From an uncultured Actinomycetota bacterium (GTDB taxonomy: Bacteria; Actinomycetota; Humimicrobiia; Humimicrobiales; Humimicrobiaceae): a stretch of DNA of 64,000 bases. The position numbers and the translations under genes are program-made. Within the stretch, counting starts at the first letter, position 1. Each line of letters opens with the position of its first letter. The DNA lies in assembly GCA_964556165.1 (NCBI GenBank), contig CAZKVH010000003.1, forward strand, positions 16,270 through 80,269, written 5' to 3'. Under the pieces are notes generated by a model. That model searched no databases. It was not told the origin of the DNA and worked only from the letters and a program-made list of their open reading frames with translations. Shown in pieces: positions 44,192 through 54,040 of this stretch.

Positions 44192-45204
44192 AACAAATAA
44201 GTTATGACATAGAAGATGATAGTTTTTATCTTTTTACATCTGCAGAATTAATGACAAGAGAGGCAGAGCTTCTGGATAAAAGTAAAATTGATAAAATGTT
44301 AAAATCTCAAAACCCGGATGAATTAATGAGGTTGCTCAGGGATACGGTTTATTCAGGATATGCAGAGGAGCTGGCAAACCGGGGTAATTTTGAATCAGTA
44401 ATAGCCATTGAATATAAAAAAATTGCTGATTTTTTATTAAAAAACTTAAAGCCATCCCACAAGGCTGTGGGAGAACTTTTATTCTTTGAAGAGACTGTTC
44501 ATAACATGAAAACTGTAATTAAATCAATTATTCTTGATAAAGACATGGAGAGGCTCTTTATTCCTGTATATTATTCTTACGGTAAGTTAAAGAATGCTCT
44601 GGAAACCGGTGATTATGAGGGACTAAGCCAGCCGGTTTCCGGTACGCTGCAGTATGCAGCTGGAAAAATGAAAAGTGAGAAAAATAGTCGTATTTTAGAA
44701 TTTGAGATAGAAAAATTTTATTTAAAGGAAATTTTTAAGTCTGTTGAAGAGATAGGCAGCAGGTTAATAAGGGATTATCTGAGGCATTTGATTGACATAA
44801 TCAATATAAAAAACATTTACAGGAACCAGTATCTCAAGCAGGATTTAAGTAAGGATTATTTCTTACATGATAACGGCTCTCTTACAATCGACTTTCTGGT
44901 GGGATTCGTAGGAGAGAATATGGATATTTTAAGGAAAAAATTAGAACAAACGGAGTACGCAGATTTAGCCGGAAAAGGAGCCCATGATCTTTATTCTAAC
45001 GGAATATTTTCAACCTTTGAAAGAGAAGAGGATTTATTTTTTCTTGATTTTTTCAGTCCATTAAAATATACAGTTTCTAATATGGAGAAAATTTTTCATT
45101 TCTTTTTAAGAAAAAAAATGGAGTTAAGATATTTGAATATTATATTTACTGGTATTCTTTATAACATTGATGTTGAAAAAGTAAAAAGCAAGATAGGGAT
45201 TTAA
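44188..45204 (+). CDS. ntpC: V/A-type ATPase subunit C (d)
   Basis: Operon position and size; E.LL....ID.ML, LRDTVYS and KKMELRYLNII patterns. Confidence 0.82.
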   Translation: MKQISYDIEDDSFYLFTSAELMTREAELLDKSKIDKMLKSQNPDELMRLLRDTVYSGYAEELANRGNFESVIAIEYKKIADFLLKNLKPSHKAVGELLFFEETVHNMKTVIKSIILDKDMERLFIPVYYSYGKLKNALETGDYEGLSQPVSGTLQYAAGKMKSEKNSRILEFEIEKFYLKEIFKSVEEIGSRLIRDYLRHLIDIINIKNIYRNQYLKQDLSKDYFLHDNGSLTIDFLVGFVGENMDILRKKLEQTEYADLAGKGAHDLYSNGIFSTFEREEDLFFLDFFSPLKYTVSNMEKIFHFFLRKKMELRYLNIIFTGILYNIDVEKVKSKIGI

Positions 45205-45555
45205 ATGGATGTAAAAATAGCCGCATTTGGAGAAGAAGATATAATGCTTATTTTTAAAGCAGCAGGAATTGATGTCTTTCCTCAAAGTGGTGATATCAGG
45301 GAAATTGATGAAGCTGAGAAAAAATTCAGGCAACTGGTAGATAGCAACTATGGAATTATCTTTGTTACCGAGACGGTAGCTTTAAAGCTGGATAATTTAA
45401 TAAGGGAGTTCTCGGAAAAGTTCCAGCCTTCGGTAGTGGTGATCCCCGGTCCGGGAGAAAGGAATAATTACGCGGTTAACAACTTAAGAAGAATAATAAT
45501 AAAAGCTATTGGAGTTGACATAATGACAGATAAAGAAATAGGAGTAAATAAATGA
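45205..45555 (+). CDS. V/A-type ATPase subunit F
   Basis: [10 protein letters not shown]...[13 protein letters not shown] and IP..IIKAIG motifs. Confidence 0.88.
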   Translation: MDVKIAAFGEEDIMLIFKAAGIDVFPQSGDIREIDEAEKKFRQLVDSNYGIIFVTETVALKLDNLIREFSEKFQPSVVVIPGPGERNNYAVNNLRRIIIKAIGVDIMTDKEIGVNK

Positions 45556-47312
45556 ATGATTTGGGTAAAATTGTAAAGGTAGCAGGTCCTCTGGTCGTAG
45601 CTGAGGGAATGTATGCTTCCAGAATGTTTGATATAGTTTACGTTTCTGATAAGAAGTTAATGGGTGAGATAATTGAATTAAAAAAAGACCTTGCTTCCAT
45701 ACAGGTTTATGAAGAAACCGAAGGGATAGGCGTAGGGGAACCTGTTTATCCCAGTGGAAGACCTTTAACGGTAGAACTGGGACCGGGTATAATACAATCC
45801 ATTTATGACGGAATCCAGAGACCACTTGATGAAATATATGATAAGATGGGTAACTTTATTACCAGAGGCGTTTCTGCTCCGGCACTGGACAGGGAGAAAA
45901 AGTGGAAGTTCCAGCCCATTGCAAAAAAGGGAGATAAAGTTGGTTATGGCGATTTTCTCGGGGTTGTTGAGGAAACAGAAGTTGTAAAGCACTATATTAT
46001 GGTTCCGGAGGGAGTCAGCGGAGAAATTAAATCAATTAATAAGGGTGAATTTACTGTTGAGGAAACGGTAGCTGTTATAAAAGGTGAAAAAAATGATATA
46101 GAGTTAAACATGATGCAGAAGTGGCCTGTGAGAAAGCCGAGGCCTTTTTTAAGCAAGATGAGTCCGGATATGCCACTGTCAACCGGTCAGCGGGTAATAG
46201 ACATGTTTTTCCCCATTGCCAGGGGCGGGACAGCATGTGTTCCCGGTCCATTTGGCTCCGGCAAGACTGTAATCCAGCACCAGCTGGCCAAGTGGGCGGA
46301 TGCTGAGATTATAGTATATATAGGCTGCGGCGAGCGTGGCAATGAAATGACCGATGTTCTTATGGAGTTTCCCGAGCTGGTTGACCCGAAATCCGGGGTT
46401 TCACTTATGAAAAGAACAGTCCTGATTGCAAATACTTCCAATATGCCGGTTGCTGCCAGAGAAGCATCTGTTTATACAGGAATAACTATAGCTGAGTATT
46501 TCAGGGATATGGGGTACTCGGTGGCTCTGATGGCTGATTCAACATCAAGATGGGCAGAAGCAATGAGGGAAATATCCGGCAGGATGGAAGAGATGCCCGG
46601 GGAAGAAGGTTATCCGGCGTATCTCAGTGCAAGACTTGCTTCATTTTACGAGAGGGCCGGTATGATAAAATGCATTTCGGAGGCCAATCAGAGGACAGGG
46701 GCATTATCTGTTATTGGCGCTGTATCTCCCCCCGGGGGCGACCTTTCCGACCCCGTGGTGCAGGCTACATTAAGGGTGGTAAAAGTTTTCTGGTCACTTG
46801 AAGCTCATCTGGCATACAGCAGACACTTTCCTGCAATATCGTGGTTAAATTCTTATTCTCTTTATATTGACAATATAAAAGAATATGTCGCCAGGAATGT
46901 CCATGAGGATTATTTTGACCTCAGGGCAGAAGCTATGAGGATTCTTGAAAAGGAATCAGAGCTGGAAGAAATTGTTCGCCTGGTAGGAGTAGATGCTCTT
47001 TCAGGTCCTGACCGCCTTATTATGCTTACAGCACGAATGTTAAGAGAAGATTTTTTGCATCAGATAGCTTTTCATGAAGTAGATACTTATTCATCAATTG
47101 AAAAGCAATATAAGATGATTAGTGTAATTATATTTTTTTATAACCGCGCAAATCATATTTTAACTATGAATGCAGATATTAAAGATATTGAAAATATGAA
47201 GGTCAGAGATAAGATAGCAAGAATGAAATATATAAAAAATGAAGACATAGACAGCATTGACGGAATCAAGGAAGACATAGAAAAAGAATTTACTTCAATA
47301 TTAGAGGAGTGA
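45552..47312 (+). CDS. ntpA: V/A-type ATPase subunit A
   Basis: GPFGSGKT (P-loop), [18 protein letters not shown] and EEGYPAYL motifs. Confidence 0.98.
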   Translation: MNDLGKIVKVAGPLVVAEGMYASRMFDIVYVSDKKLMGEIIELKKDLASIQVYEETEGIGVGEPVYPSGRPLTVELGPGIIQSIYDGIQRPLDEIYDKMGNFITRGVSAPALDREKKWKFQPIAKKGDKVGYGDFLGVVEETEVVKHYIMVPEGVSGEIKSINKGEFTVEETVAVIKGEKNDIELNMMQKWPVRKPRPFLSKMSPDMPLSTGQRVIDMFFPIARGGTACVPGPFGSGKTVIQHQLAKWADAEIIVYIGCGERGNEMTDVLMEFPELVDPKSGVSLMKRTVLIANTSNMPVAAREASVYTGITIAEYFRDMGYSVALMADSTSRWAEAMREISGRMEEMPGEEGYPAYLSARLASFYERAGMIKCISEANQRTGALSVIGAVSPPGGDLSDPVVQATLRVVKVFWSLEAHLAYSRHFPAISWLNSYSLYIDNIKEYVARNVHEDYFDLRAEAMRILEKESELEEIVRLVGVDALSGPDRLIMLTARMLREDFLHQIAFHEVDTYSSIEKQYKMISVIIFFYNRANHILTMNADIKDIENMKVRDKIARMKYIKNEDIDSIDGIKEDIEKEFTSILEE

Positions 47313-47314
47313 GA

Positions 47315-48718
47315 ATGCTAAAAGAATATAAAAGTATAATCAATATTTCCGGCCCGCTACTGCATGTTGAAGGAGTAGAGGGCGTTAAGTATGATGAAAT
47401 GGTTGATATAAAGCTTGATGATGGCAGCATAAGAAATGGAAGGGTGCTTGAAGTCAACAGGGATAATGCGCTTGTGCAGGTATTTGAGGGCACATCCGGA
47501 ATAGATTCCAGAAATACCCGGGTGCGTTTTCTGGGAAGGGGAACCCATGTATATCTTTCTCCTGATATACTGGGAAGGGTTTTTACAGGTCTGGGTAAAC
47601 CAATGACTGAAAATGATAGAATTATTCCTGAAGAAAGTCGGGATATAAATGGTTCGCCTATAAATCCGTATGCAAGAGATTACCCAAATGAATTTATTCA
47701 AACCGGAATATCTTCCCTTGATGGTTTAAATACGCTTGTAAGAGGGCAGAAATTACCGATATTTTCCGGGTCAGGATTGCCTCATAACAGGATTGCTGCA
47801 CAGATTGCACGACAGGCTACAGTCCTATCGGATGAGGAAGAATTTGCAGTTGTTTTTGTGGCCATAGGAATAACATTTGAGGAATCCGAATATTTTATTA
47901 ATGATTTCAAAAAAACGGGTGCTATAAATAGAACTGTTCTGGTATTAAATCTTGCCGATGACCCGGCAATTGAAAGGATCGCAACCCCGAGAGCGGGTCT
48001 TACTTTTGCTGAATACCTTGCTTTTGAAAAAGATATGCATGTGCTGGTTATATTAACTGATATGACCAACTACTGCGAGGCGCTGAAAGAAGTATCGGCC
48101 GCCAGAAAAGAAATTCCCGGAAGAAGGGGATACCCGGGATATTTATATACCGACCTTGCCACTATTTATGAAAGAGCAGGCAGAATTAAGGGTAAAAAGG
48201 GCTCAATAACCCAGATACCGATACTTACCATGCCCGAGGATGACAAAACTCACCCGATTCCGGACCTTACAGGATACATTACTGAAGGACAGATTATATT
48301 ATCAAGGTCTCTTCACAAGAAAAAGGTTTCTCCCCCTATTGATGTTCTACCATCTCTTTCAAGACTTAAGGATAAGGGCATAGGGCAGGGGAAAACAAGA
48401 GAGGACCATGCGGATATATTCAATCAACTGTATGCGGCATATGCGCGGGGGAAAGAAGTAGAAGAGCTGGCTGTGATTCTGGGAGAGGCAGCGTTGACAG
48501 ATATGGATAAACTATATCTGGATTTTGCAGAGAAATTTGAGGCCCGATATGTTTCTCAGGACGAGTATGAAAACAGAACCATAGACCGTACACTTGATTT
48601 AGGATGGGAACTTTTGAGCATTTTCCCGAGAGGGGAGCTAAAAAGGATAAGTACAGAGCATCTGGATAAATATCTTTCTAAATTTAAAACCGAAGAAGGA
48701 AATAATAAGGGTGATTAA
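47315..48718 (+). CDS. ntpB: V/A-type ATPase subunit B
   Basis: [28 protein letters not shown] and [16 protein letters not shown] motifs. Start at ATG 47315 behind AGAGGAG. Confidence 0.98.
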   Translation: MLKEYKSIINISGPLLHVEGVEGVKYDEMVDIKLDDGSIRNGRVLEVNRDNALVQVFEGTSGIDSRNTRVRFLGRGTHVYLSPDILGRVFTGLGKPMTENDRIIPEESRDINGSPINPYARDYPNEFIQTGISSLDGLNTLVRGQKLPIFSGSGLPHNRIAAQIARQATVLSDEEEFAVVFVAIGITFEESEYFINDFKKTGAINRTVLVLNLADDPAIERIATPRAGLTFAEYLAFEKDMHVLVILTDMTNYCEALKEVSAARKEIPGRRGYPGYLYTDLATIYERAGRIKGKKGSITQIPILTMPEDDKTHPIPDLTGYITEGQIILSRSLHKKKVSPPIDVLPSLSRLKDKGIGQGKTREDHADIFNQLYAAYARGKEVEELAVILGEAALTDMDKLYLDFAEKFEARYVSQDEYENRTIDRTLDLGWELLSIFPRGELKRISTEHLDKYLSKFKTEEGNNKGD

Positions 48719-49336
48719 ATGCTTTTAAATGTTAATGCTACCAGAATGGAGCTTCTTCGTTTAAGAAAAAGGCTTGGTATTGCCAGGAGAGGTCATAAAC
48801 TTCTTAAGGATAAAAGAGACGAGCTTATGAGACAATGGCTCGAGATAGTGGAAGAGGTAAAAAAACTACGGTTTTCAATTGAAAAAGAGTTTCAAGCCAT
48901 ACTGGAAAGATTTGCTCTGGCAAAGGCGTATTCGGGTACCAGTCAGACAGAACAGGAATTACTGCTGCCTTCAAAAAATATAATGATTTCTGTTAAAAAG
49001 AAAAATGTGATGAGTGTTAACATACCGGTATATGTTAAGGAAGTAAGTGAAAATATTATTCCTTATGGATATATAAATACTTCGGGAGAAATGGATATAG
49101 TTCTAAGTGATTTTGAAAAGTTTATAGATAAACTTCTTGACCTTGCCGAAAAAGAGAAAATGCTGCAGCTTATGGCATTTGAAATTGAAGAGACAAGAAG
49201 AAGGGTTAATGCACTTGAGTATAAATTAATACCTGATATGTCCGAAACCATAAGCTATATATCTATGAAACTGGGTGAGAACGAGCGATCCAATACTGTC
49301 AGGTTAATGAGAGTAAGGGATATTGTAAGAGGATAG
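48719..49336 (+). CDS. ntpD: V/A-type ATPase subunit D
   Basis: TRMELL.L..RL..ARRGHKLLKDKRD and TRRRVNALEY motifs. Confidence 0.97.
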   Translation: MLLNVNATRMELLRLRKRLGIARRGHKLLKDKRDELMRQWLEIVEEVKKLRFSIEKEFQAILERFALAKAYSGTSQTEQELLLPSKNIMISVKKKNVMSVNIPVYVKEVSENIIPYGYINTSGEMDIVLSDFEKFIDKLLDLAEKEKMLQLMAFEIEETRRRVNALEYKLIPDMSETISYISMKLGENERSNTVRLMRVRDIVRG

Positions 49337-49349
49337 AAACCTCTTATAT

Positions 49350-50612
49350 TTACCCGTAAACAGGAAAATCTTCAGCCAGGCTCTTAACTTTTTTGCCTAT
49401 TTCTTTTAGTTTTATGTTATTATCTCTGTTTTTTAATGCTGAGGAAATAAGTTCACCGATTTTATACATCTCTTCTACACCCATCCCCTGGGTGGTAACA
49501 GCAGGCGTTCCAATTCTTATTCCACTGGCGACAGTTGGTTTTAGCTTATCGAAGGGGATCACATTTTTATTGACTATTATTCCTACTGAAGTAAGTGTAT
49601 CAACCGCTTCGGCACCGGTCAGATTTTTGCCCGTTAAATCTATCAAAAATAAATGGTTATCGGTTCCACCTGATACGATTCTAAACCCATCATCTTTCAT
49701 ATATTCACACAGAGCTTTTGAATTCTCTATTATTCGTCTGTTATATTCTTTAAATGAATCTTTTAAATCTTCCCGGAAAGCTACTGCTTTTGCTGCAATT
49801 ATATGCATAAAAGGACCTCCCTGTACTCCTGGGAAAACTGCTTTATTAATAAGTTCGGCATATTTTTTATCGGCAACGATTAGTGCACCTCTTGGCCCTC
49901 TCAAGGTTTTGTGGGTTGTTGACGTAGTGAAGTCTGCTATTTTTACGGAATCCGGATGATATCCGCTTACCATTAAACCTGCAATGTGTGCTACATCAGC
50001 CATAAGATAAGAACCTACTTCATCTGCAATTTCCCTGAACTTTTTAAAGTCGATTATTCGTGAATATGAGCTGGCGCCTGCTATAATAAGCTTTGGCCTG
50101 ATGGTTTTAGCCATTTTTTTAATAATTTCGTAATCCAGCATCTCTGTTTCAGGGTCAACATTATAAGTGTGTACATCGTAATATTTTCCGGTCAGATTTT
50201 GTTTATGACCGTGTGAAAGATGCCCTCCGTCTCTTAGGTTCATGCTCAGTATCTTATCTCCGCAACCCAGAACGCCCAGATAGACTGCCAGGTTAGCATT
50301 TACTCCGCTGTGAGGCTGGACATTACAGTATTCTGAACCAAATAGCTTATTTGCCCTGTCTATAGCAAGCTGTTCTGCATCATCAACATTCTCACAACCG
50401 GCATAATACCTGAAGCCCGGATACCCTTCTGCATATTTATTGGTAAGTAATGAACCCATTGTTTTTAAGACTTCCTTCGAGGCAAAGTTTTCTGAAGCTA
50501 TAAGAATAATCTGGCTTCTCTGCCTTTTTAATTCATTTTCCAGAACCTTTCGAATCTCAATATCTTCTTCCATATCCAGGGTATGATTTTCGTATTTTAG
50601 GGAATTACTCAT
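49350..50612 (-). CDS. glyA: Serine hydroxymethyltransferase
   Basis: LIASEN, NKYAEGYPG, QPHSG, GGHLSHG, TTHKTLRGPRG and SGIRIGT motifs. Confidence 0.97.
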   Translation of the reverse strand: MSNSLKYENHTLDMEEDIEIRKVLENELKRQRSQIILIASENFASKEVLKTMGSLLTNKYAEGYPGFRYYAGCENVDDAEQLAIDRANKLFGSEYCNVQPHSGVNANLAVYLGVLGCGDKILSMNLRDGGHLSHGHKQNLTGKYYDVHTYNVDPETEMLDYEIIKKMAKTIRPKLIIAGASSYSRIIDFKKFREIADEVGSYLMADVAHIAGLMVSGYHPDSVKIADFTTSTTHKTLRGPRGALIVADKKYAELINKAVFPGVQGGPFMHIIAAKAVAFREDLKDSFKEYNRRIIENSKALCEYMKDDGFRIVSGGTDNHLFLIDLTGKNLTGAEAVDTLTSVGIIVNKNVIPFDKLKPTVASGIRIGTPAVTTQGMGVEEMYKIGELISSALKNRDNNIKLKEIGKKVKSLAEDFPVYG

Positions 50613-51066
50613 CGCAGTTTAGAATCCTTTCTTCAATTTTTGTTATTTTATCAATTCTTTTTATGTGCCTGTCTACATTACCTGAAGGGGTATTTAGAAA
50701 TGTTCTTGTTATTTCTATACAATTTTCAAGTGATTGGAACCTTGCACCCATACATAATATATTCGCGCAGTTGTGTTCCCTTGCAAGTTTTGCGCTATTA
50801 GCATCACAGCATAAAGCGGCACGTATACCTTTTACTTTGTTGGCTGATATGCTCATCCCTATTCCAGTTCCACAGATAAGTATCCCGGCATCAGCGCCAC
50901 CACAGGCTACTATTCTGGAAACTTTTTCCGCAAAGTCAGGATAATCTACACTTTCGGAGCTATCAGTTCCGGCATCTTCTACGCTATGCCCCATGGATTT
51001 TATTACTTTAATAAGGCTTTCTTTATATTTAAATCCAGCGTGGTCCACACCTATGGCAATTTTCAT
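50605..51066 (-). CDS. rpiB: Ribose-5-phosphate isomerase B
   Basis: DHAG, SVDYPD, CGTGIGMSI and REHN.AN motifs. Confidence 0.95.
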   Translation of the reverse strand: MKIAIGVDHAGFKYKESLIKVIKSMGHSVEDAGTDSSESVDYPDFAEKVSRIVACGGADAGILICGTGIGMSISANKVKGIRAALCCDANSAKLAREHNCANILCMGARFQSLENCIEITRTFLNTPSGNVDRHIKRIDKITKIEERILNCDE

Positions 51067-51280
51067 AAACTCACACTCCTTTATACTTTTTTAAATCTTG
51101 AATACTGTAATATTATATTCTAATTAAAGTTATAATCCAAAGATATCCTGGATTTTTTGATTGGAAATTAATTTTTTTATAAATATCTAAATTTATTTTA
51201 GAAACATAGTCTATAATAAGCGAAAGATATTTTTTAAAAAGGAAGTATTCTTAAATTTTCTTATAATTATATTATATAGT

Positions 51281-51931
51281 TTACCCATCCAGTTTTTGAA
51301 CAATATTTGAAAATTTAACTATGCCTTCCCTTATTAAAACAGGCCTATTACCACAAACATCCACAATTGTTGATTCCACGCCTGGAAGAGGTAAATTATA
51401 TTCTACTATTAATTCTACCTTTTTTTTGATATTAACCGGTATATCGCCTATTTCTTTCGGATATTCTTTTGTTCCGGAGATAGTAGCACTGGTGGATATT
51501 ATAGGACCGCAAATATTTATTATTTCTCTTAAAAACCTGCTCTCCGTAATTCGCAGGGCAATTGTAGGTCCTTTATAGCCAGGGAGTTCTTTCAGTTTTT
51601 CACTCTTTTTTAAGATTAAAGTAAGAGATTCCGGATTTTCAATGTTCCAGAATTTGTTTATTATTTTTTTTGCAGTTTCGCTTATGTCCCTGGTGAAAAT
51701 TTTTAAATCATCAAGATTGGAAATTAATATTATGAAAGGCAGGTTTATATCCCTTTTTTTTATTCTGTATATTTTTCTTATTGCTTCTCTTTCGTTATAC
51801 CTGCAGCTTATTCCATATACTGTGCAGGTTGGAAGTATTGCTATTTTACCTTCTGATATAACTCCGGCAATTTTATTTATTATCTTTATATCAGTAATTT
51901 TGTCGAGGCTATCAATTTTTATTAGGTTCAT
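51281..51931 (-). CDS. L-threonylcarbamoyladenylate synthase (TsaC/Sua5-YrdC domain only)
   Basis: LPT.TVYG, K.R, ALR, STS and ESTIVD..REG motifs; sua5-rpiB-glyA synteny. Confidence 0.85.
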   Translation of the reverse strand: MNLIKIDSLDKITDIKIINKIAGVISEGKIAILPTCTVYGISCRYNEREAIRKIYRIKKRDINLPFIILISNLDDLKIFTRDISETAKKIINKFWNIENPESLTLILKKSEKLKELPGYKGPTIALRITESRFLREIINICGPIISTSATISGTKEYPKEIGDIPVNIKKKVELIVEYNLPLPGVESTIVDVCGNRPVLIREGIVKFSNIVQKLDG

Positions 51932-52136
51932 ATAATAAATATAGTTTTTTTTAGTATATAATATTTTTTTTGCAATTAAAATGCAGCCTGCACATTAATA
52001 ATGGCAGGATTTTTACTGAAATACTTGGAATTTTTATAAATAAGATTTACTATATATAGAATGCTTTGCAGGTGTCAGCAGGGATAGCAAAGAAACAAAA
52101 AATAAAATTTTCTATAATTTATTCGGGTGCATAAGA

Positions 52137-52592
52137 ATGGTAGATACACGCCCATCGTGGCATGAATACTTTGCGTCAATAACAAGACAGGTGGCAACAA
52201 GATCGACCTGCCTGCGTAGAAAAGTTGGCGCAATTATAGTGAAGGATAAAAGAATTCTCGCAACAGGTTACAACGGTGCCCCGAGGGGAGTCAGGAGTAG
52301 TCTTGAGATAGGAACATGCCTTAGAGAAGAACTGGGAATACCTCCTGGTGAGAGACATGAGATATGCCGTGGTCTTCATGCTGAACAGAATGCGATTATA
52401 CAGGCAGCATACTACGGAGTTTCAATAAAGGATTCTGTTATATATTCAACACACCAGCCATGTGTGCTATGTGCTAAAATGATAATAAATAGCGGTATCA
52501 AGAAGATATATTATCTTGAAGAATATCCCGATGCCCTCTCTGTGGAGCTTCTTAATGAAGCAGGAGTAGAGCTAATAAAACTTGATTTCTAA
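52137..52592 (+). CDS. dCMP deaminase/ComEB family cytidine-deoxycytidylate deaminase
   Basis: [31 protein letters not shown] and PCVLCAK motifs. Confidence 0.93.
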   Translation: MVDTRPSWHEYFASITRQVATRSTCLRRKVGAIIVKDKRILATGYNGAPRGVRSSLEIGTCLREELGIPPGERHEICRGLHAEQNAIIQAAYYGVSIKDSVIYSTHQPCVLCAKMIINSGIKKIYYLEEYPDALSVELLNEAGVELIKLDF

Positions 52593-52701
52593 GTGTAAGA
52601 ATACCTCTTTATTGGTCTTCCATTCAGGAGATGCCTGTTGTTTTTTAATTAATCTTTATCTGTTATAATAGCGTTTACTTTTATTGGGGGAATATTTTCT
52701 T

Positions 52702-53985
52702 ATGGAAAAGTTTATTATAAATGGTGGTAAGAGGCTGTCCGGAAAAGTTAAAATAAGTGGTGCCAAGAATTCTGCATTAAAGTTAATAGCAGCTTCAATA
52801 CTTTCAAGTGGAGTAACTACTTTGAAAAATGTACCCTGGATTGATGATGTTAGCATTATGCTTGAAGTTTTAAAGAATCTCGGGGCAGGTGTAAGTGTGG
52901 ATACCACCAATAAGGTAATTGAGATTAATCCGGATACTATTAACAGTTATGAGGCGCCTTATGAACTGGTAAGGAAGATGAGGGCTTCAATACTTGTAGC
53001 AGGTCCGCTTCTAAGCAGGTTTGGAAGAGTAAAGGTTGCAATCCCCGGTGGCTGTAACATTGGCTCAAGGCAGATTGACCTCCACCTCAGGGGCTTTAAG
53101 CATCTGGGTGCGGAATTTTCTGTTGAGCACGGATATGTTAACTGCCAGATTAACAATAAATCAGGGAATAGGCTTCATGGTGCAGTCGTTGACCTTGATT
53201 TTCCATCAAGAGGAGCCACTGAAAATATAATGATGGCAGCTGTTCTGGCGGAGGGACAGACAATTATAAATAATGCTGCCCGGGAGCCAGAGATAACAGA
53301 CCTCGCCTGTTTCCTGAATCTGATGGGCGCTGATATTAAGGGAGCAGGAACCGAATTTATAACTATAAACGGTGTTAAAAGCCTTAAAGGAACAGATTAT
53401 GAGATTATGCCGGACAGTATTGAAGCAGGTACCTATATTACTGCGGCAGTTTTATGTGGAGATAGAGTAGAAATTGAAAATGCAAGGTGGAGAAACCTTG
53501 AAATTTTTTATTATAAGTTAAAAGAAATTGGCGCTAAAATTTCTATAGTTGATGAGAATAATATGAAAGTCGAAAAAGCCAGGGACAGATATAAGTCTAC
53601 GAATATCAGCACACTTCCATATCCTGGTTTCCCAACGGACCTGCAGCCTATAATCTCAGTTCTTCTTTCCATCGTCCCGGGTGTTTCTGTATTAACTGAA
53701 AATGTATTTGAGAACAGGTTTATGTATGTTGATGAATTAAACAGGATGGGAGCCAATATAAAGATTGACGGACACCGTGCTGTCATAAGAGGGGTTGAAA
53801 AATTATCAGGTGCTCCGGTAAAATCGTTTGACCTGAGAGCAGGAGCAGCTATGGTTCTGGCAGGTCTGGCAGCAGAAGGAATAACGGAAATAAATGACAT
53901 ATATCATATCAAGAGGGGTTATGAAAATTTTGATGAGAAGCTTAAATTACTTGGCGCGGATATAAGAGTGGAGAATCATTATTGA
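52702..53985 (+). CDS. murA: UDP-N-acetylglucosamine 1-carboxyvinyltransferase
   Basis: ISGAKNSAL, MRAS, PGGCNIGSR (active Cys), PGFPTDLQ, ENRF and DLRAGA motifs. Confidence 0.97.
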   Translation: MEKFIINGGKRLSGKVKISGAKNSALKLIAASILSSGVTTLKNVPWIDDVSIMLEVLKNLGAGVSVDTTNKVIEINPDTINSYEAPYELVRKMRASILVAGPLLSRFGRVKVAIPGGCNIGSRQIDLHLRGFKHLGAEFSVEHGYVNCQINNKSGNRLHGAVVDLDFPSRGATENIMMAAVLAEGQTIINNAAREPEITDLACFLNLMGADIKGAGTEFITINGVKSLKGTDYEIMPDSIEAGTYITAAVLCGDRVEIENARWRNLEIFYYKLKEIGAKISIVDENNMKVEKARDRYKSTNISTLPYPGFPTDLQPIISVLLSIVPGVSVLTENVFENRFMYVDELNRMGANIKIDGHRAVIRGVEKLSGAPVKSFDLRAGAAMVLAGLAAEGITEINDIYHIKRGYENFDEKLKLLGADIRVENHY

Positions 53986-54040
53986 TAGATAAATAGAGGT
54001 TCAGGATTTATCTTAAAAATTATTATTGTGGTTGGATTAT

